The translations under genes and the position numbers were made by a program. Below are positions 58,661 through 64,000 of a stretch of 64,000 bases of DNA, one piece after another. Source of the DNA: Chrysomallon squamiferum (taxonomy: Eukaryota; Animalia; Mollusca); the NCBI GenBank assembly GCA_012295275.1, contig CM022669.1, positions 16,988,001 to 17,052,000 of the forward strand, given 5' to 3'. The notes beneath the pieces were generated by a model. It ran no database searches. It was not told the DNA's origin and saw only the letters and a list, made by a program, of their open reading frames with translations. How positions within the stretch are numbered: the stretch's first letter is position 1; each line of letters opens with the position of its first letter.

Positions 58661-60278
58661 AATATTTTAAAATATATTATCACCTGTTTGAGATAAATCA
58701 CCTGTAAAGTTTGTAGTGCAGGATCTGTTCTGGTGTTTAAAACATTAACTTTTCTGTCAAATAATTTGTATTAAATTATTCAAATATGAATACTTGATGT
58801 ATATGAATAAACATTTCAACAAATATTGTTTTAAAATGAAATAAACTATTGAATCTATCCAAGTATTTAGACAAACTGTATCTTACTCATTTTAAAATCA
58901 TAATACAAATAAATATATATTTATACAATATTCAACTGAAATAAAATAAATTTTATACAGAAATTAGGTTTGTCTTAATCCAGTTTTTTTTAATATATAT
59001 TTACAGTATTAAATATCATTATGAATAAAGTAAAAATGATCCTACTTGAACATCCTAGCTCTTAGTCAATTCTGAAGATATAATAATCAGAATCAAACTC
59101 TCTTTCACTAAGTTTATATACATACATTAATATCCTGGTGTAATATCTGTCTGTATAATACAGAATGTATATCCCTGTCAGGTAGATGACATCAATTAGG
59201 CTGCTTCCAAATGAACACAGATATTTCCAGTCCTCTCAGCTACACAATATATATATATCAGTATATCTATCTATCTGTCCAAACAGAACTCTCCCAGACT
59301 TTAAATTAATTCCAGTTTAAATTAAATAAAAAGTGGAAAAGAAGAAAAAAAAAAGAGATAAACAAAACTCATGTTTGAGATTCAGTGGCAAGGGCAAATC
59401 CAGGATTTCAGGAAAGAGGGGTGGTTTCCTTAACAGTGGGAGATGTGATTTCAAAACAGAAACATTTTATTGTAAGACATTAATACAATAATAAACAACA
59501 AACTGTCAGTTGATAAAAATAATAGGAAGGCACCTTAGAGTATACATTCCTAATGTAGGTGGGTATCAATCAATAAATAAATACTTTCCAAAATCAGAAG
59601 CATGACTACAATGATAAACTAAATTATGTATTAATACCACAGCCATTCAGGGACTTCCATACATCTAGAAATGTGTCTGCCTTCAGAGTATTTACAGCAC
59701 ATAAAAAACAAATCATAGACTTTACATTCAAAATAAAACTAAAAAAAAAAAGATTTTAAAAAAAAATACAGAAAGAAAAAATATATCAGTAACTTTTTCT
59801 GACTTGCTGTTTGTTGTTGGCAGTTGACAGACTTGTACTCCACCCAGTCTGTATAAACAACCCCCCCCCCAAGCCCCTACTGTTCACTCTGCCAGTATTC
59901 ACAGATTAGGATGAAACTGGTAATCGGCCAGTCAACAAAGAGCCATGGTCCAGAGACAGGACACAAGGACAAACACACAGATTAAGAAGTGAAAAACTTC
60001 ATGGCAATTACCAGAGGCCAGTTTGACCAAACAGTCACACAGTACAGATGTACATGGCAGGCAGGAAATCTTTTTTTTTTTTCTGTCTCTTTTCTTGTTT
60101 AATTTATCTTCTTCTTTTTAACCTTTTTGTTTTTATAACTTCTCAAGTATTCAAGGTTTTTAAAGATGTTTTTTTTTTTAAAAGCAAGATGGTTTTGAAA
60201 TTTGCTAAAATCATTATTTTATAAAGAAAATTAGTGAGAGGTACTTAGGGCACAAACTGTATTTTCCTGGTTGTACAA

Positions 60279-60312
<34 letters not shown>

Positions 60313-61507
60313 AATGCTTTCATAAGGAAACACTATACACATTTCTGTCAAGTACAATTGAATTCCTGGATATGTTCATGCCACTATTATTTCCTGTCAA
60401 ACTTTCTATTTTAATTTATTTTCCATTCTGAAATTATTACAGTTGCAGTCTTCAAACAAATATTATTCCCATATCTATCAACACAGTATTATTCTGCCAA
60501 TAGTTTTAAGATAAATGATTCTTTCACTGACACCTTTAAATGGCCAATTAGGCTTTAATTAAAATCTTTACGAAATGGGCCAGGATGCTGGTGGGCATCA
60601 TAAAATAAAGTGGGTCAGATACTTGACAGCCAACACAATCAATCTCTGTCACATCAGCAGATAATTAAGGATGGAATAATTCTTGACAAATTAATGATTA
60701 ATGGATTCAGATTTGTGTAGCTGATGCGTAAAAATAACTGACCAGCTTTTGATATCAATCTCCTCTCACTACAACCTACATACTTTATTATCAACAAACA
60801 TTGGTCATCAGTAACAAGCCATAATATGTATGGTATGTAAAGAAGATGTATTTAGATGGTTAGGTTGCATCGCTGGATGTAAGCTTTAGCCTTTTCTTTA
60901 CTGAGGTAAAAATGAAAGCCCTCAACCAAGCTACATGCATTATTGAATATTATTATTATTTAAATATAAATTAAAAAGAAATAGAAAAAAAAAAAAAATT
61001 CATGAAAACAAAACAAAAGGACTTGTACATTTAACGGACATATCATTTTATTATACAAGTCACATCATGTGTGTAGCATACAACAGTTGTATTTGTTAGA
61101 GCTTATAAAACATGTTTCTCTTTCATGCATGATTTCAGAGTCTTGAACTAAACAAAATAACACAACATCCATCGGTAATAAACAATCATACAGTTATAAT
61201 ACTCTGTTGTTTGTGTGTATGTGTGTGTGTGTGTCTGTGTGTGTGTGCATATATGTGTGTTTGTGTTGTAGAAAAGAAAAGAAAACAAATATTAGAGGTA
61301 GGGAGGTAGGTGGGTTAGTAAGCAGATAGGCAAGTTGGGGGGCAGGTAGACAGGTAGGTACATACAGGTAATACTTTATAACATTATGCTTTTAATAAGA
61401 AAATATTTAAAAGAAAATCAAATCTTTAAAACTTATCAACAAACTAGAATCAGAAAACAAAAATAACCTTCATTTTGAAGCATACATCATTATAACAGAG
61501 CAGATTA

Positions 61508-61545
<38 letters not shown>

Positions 61546-62436
61546 TAAAACCTGTTGTAAATTCATAATTATAAAGGTGAGGCCAGACAAAAATTAACAA
61601 TGTTTAAAAATAATTTTTTTAAAATTACAAAAAACAAAAACAAAAAAAAACAACAACATAAAATTGTTTTTTTTAAAAGTTGGGTTTCATACACATAGCC
61701 TGACAAATTTTGGCACAAATGTGATTAAGGTATTCACTGAACAAACAACATATACAAATGTATTTATTAATTAAAAAAAAAGGAGAAAAATAAATTAAAA
61801 CAAAGGTGACATTGAAAAAAATGTTTCTCAAAAAGTTTAAAATAAAAATTAAGAATATACAAACTGGTGGTTATAATAGAATACTTCAATCTACTTTCTT
61901 CTATTTATCATGCAGTAATAATATGCTATGGGTAATTATATTTTTATATAGAATAATATATAGGTAATGGGCTTTTGTATTTCTTTTTGTTTTTAATCAA
62001 AATAACAGAACATTTTACTTTAATCTATTTGACTAAATCATCTTTTAAAAATAAAAAAAAAAAAAAAAAAATTACAACCATTGTACACTTCAACATAGCT
62101 TTCATTACAGCAAAAAATTCAATATATATTAAAATAATTTTTAAAAATATTAGTAATTGGAAAAAAGGGTGTATAAGGGTATGGTCCACAATAACTTGTC
62201 ACAATACATCCGTAACATATTCAAGTAGCTATCCAACAAACAAAAACATATATCACAGTCTATCCAGTTTTATTGTGTAAAATATAGTCCTTATTCTTAA
62301 TATTTTAAGAGAGATTTCAGTTACTAATTGTTATTTATTTTTATTCACCCAGTAAGTTAAACCAGTAAGTTACACATAATTATTAAAAATATTATTATGC
62401 CTTATGAGTTACCAAAAGTCACTGCATGTGCTGTCA

Positions 62437-62526
62437 TATATATATACATACATACATACATACATACATACATACATTTATATATATTTATATATATTTA
62501 TGTATGTATGTATGTATGTATTTATT

Positions 62527-62612
<86 letters not shown>

Positions 62613-62626
62613 ATAGATTAGACAGA

Positions 62627-62672
<46 letters not shown>
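62437..62672. repeat. Compound (CATA)/(TATG)/(TA)/(GA)/(CA) microsatellites
   Basis: Direct reading. Confidence 0.95.
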
Positions 62673-62673
<1 letters not shown>

Positions 62674-63858
62674 TCACTGCCAGTAATAAACAAAATAATC
62701 TTTAAGGTAGCAGTGCAGGTAACCTCTATTTAGAAACAGATGTTAAAAGGATAAAGTTACACATAATAGCTACTTGTATCAAAATGTTGTCAAATTAGCA
62801 TTTATCCATTGTACATATTGTCACGATTTTATTTATTTATACAACAGCTCAGCTTTCAAACAATAAAATCAGAAACATTATCTTTTAAAAGCTGGAAAAA
62901 ACATGTTTCTTCAAATTTCAATACAAAATAAATGACACAAATGAAACATTGCTTTTACTATAACTTTCATGTTAATAAAATTACTACTGTCATTATTGTA
63001 TGACTGATTCTCAATATTAACATATTATTATTTCTGTTATTGGATTATTATTATGATTATTTTTCTCTTATTAATAATAAATGTCTTCTTTTTAGATAGC
63101 AATTATATATTATGCTTCTTTGTAAATATAAAACCACATTTAAGAAACTTTATGGTATAGTACATGAAAACACTGGTTCCCTTTCAATCATGTAATATTT
63201 CTTAATAATTCAAAATTTTAAAAATGTTCTTATTTTTCTTTTAATAGCAGTGCTTCTATTATTTTACTAATAATAAAAATTACTAAAAAAATACAACCAA
63301 ACAAGACAACTGATTTGTTTTTTCATACACATCAAAAAAAAAAATGCATTTGATAAATATTTTATTAAACATACATATCTTTTCAATGTAAGTGTTTTGA
63401 GATAAAGATCTGGATTTCAACAGACAACCTTTTCTTAAAAAAAAAAAAAATCCATAGCAAAACAAAATAAAAAACATTTTAAAAACTTTAACGAAACAGT
63501 AACACAATCATCACATAATAATTAAATGCTTATTATCTGGCATTTGTGTGAATTGAACAAAAAATCACAATTTAAAAATGTAAATTATAAATCACAAATC
63601 TACTTAAACTGAGAAGCGAAAATCAAAACAGAAATTTGAAGATAACCTCTTCCATTATTAACCTACATAATGTTACAAAACAAGCAAAAACAAAAATTTC
63701 TGTCTTTCTGCAAACCACACTAAATTAATTTGCCAGAGGGTAGTACATCACAGAGTTCCTCGAGGAACAACCATATCCCAGAATTCCATTCTGTTGAAGC
63801 AGGAAGTGACATAATCTGCAGGAAGTCTAGTTGTAGTGGAGCAGACTACAGCACATAC

Positions 63859-63958
63859 CTTTTGCTGGTTCCTGATTGGTCGAATTTGAATTTCCCACAT
63901 TTCCTTCTTCCGTTGCTTTAGAATCGTTTTTGTCGAGTTCATTTACGTCTTTGGATAT
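63859..63958 (-). CDS. Candidate internal coding exon (100 nt, phase 0>1): ISKDVNELDKNDSKATEEGNVGNSNSTNQEPAK(G)
   Basis: Acceptor taattttag|ATA and donor CAAAAG|gtatgt. Locally CpG-rich; only one frame is open across the whole exon and it gives a plausible disordered polar peptide. Confidence 0.65.
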
Positions 63959-64000
63959 CTAAAATTAATAATAATAATAATATTAATAATAATAATAATA

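Overview
Very AT-rich, microsatellite-dense metazoan genomic DNA, not prokaryotic. Degenerate tRNA-derived SINE relics, recognised from memory as a Meta-domain-like family, suggest a mollusc, probably a gastropod. The whole window appears to lie inside one minus-strand gene encoding a multi-PDZ scaffold protein. Three phase-compatible coding exons can be read: 63958-63859 (phase 0>1), 45119-45022 (1>0) and 36640-35531 (0>0). The last encodes one full PDZ domain plus the first two strands of a second. I could not find the rest of PDZ2, implying an intron of more than 35 kb that holds candidate internal promoters or first exons. The remainder is intronic: simple repeats, minisatellites (two with higher-order structure), a near-perfect 62-bp inverted repeat, a triplicated cassette in (CT)n, and about ten decayed SINEs. 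Almost all ORFs in the supplied track are microsatellite or low-complexity artefacts. I see no CRISPR, phage, defence or other clearly novel system; the findings are structural hypotheses to test.
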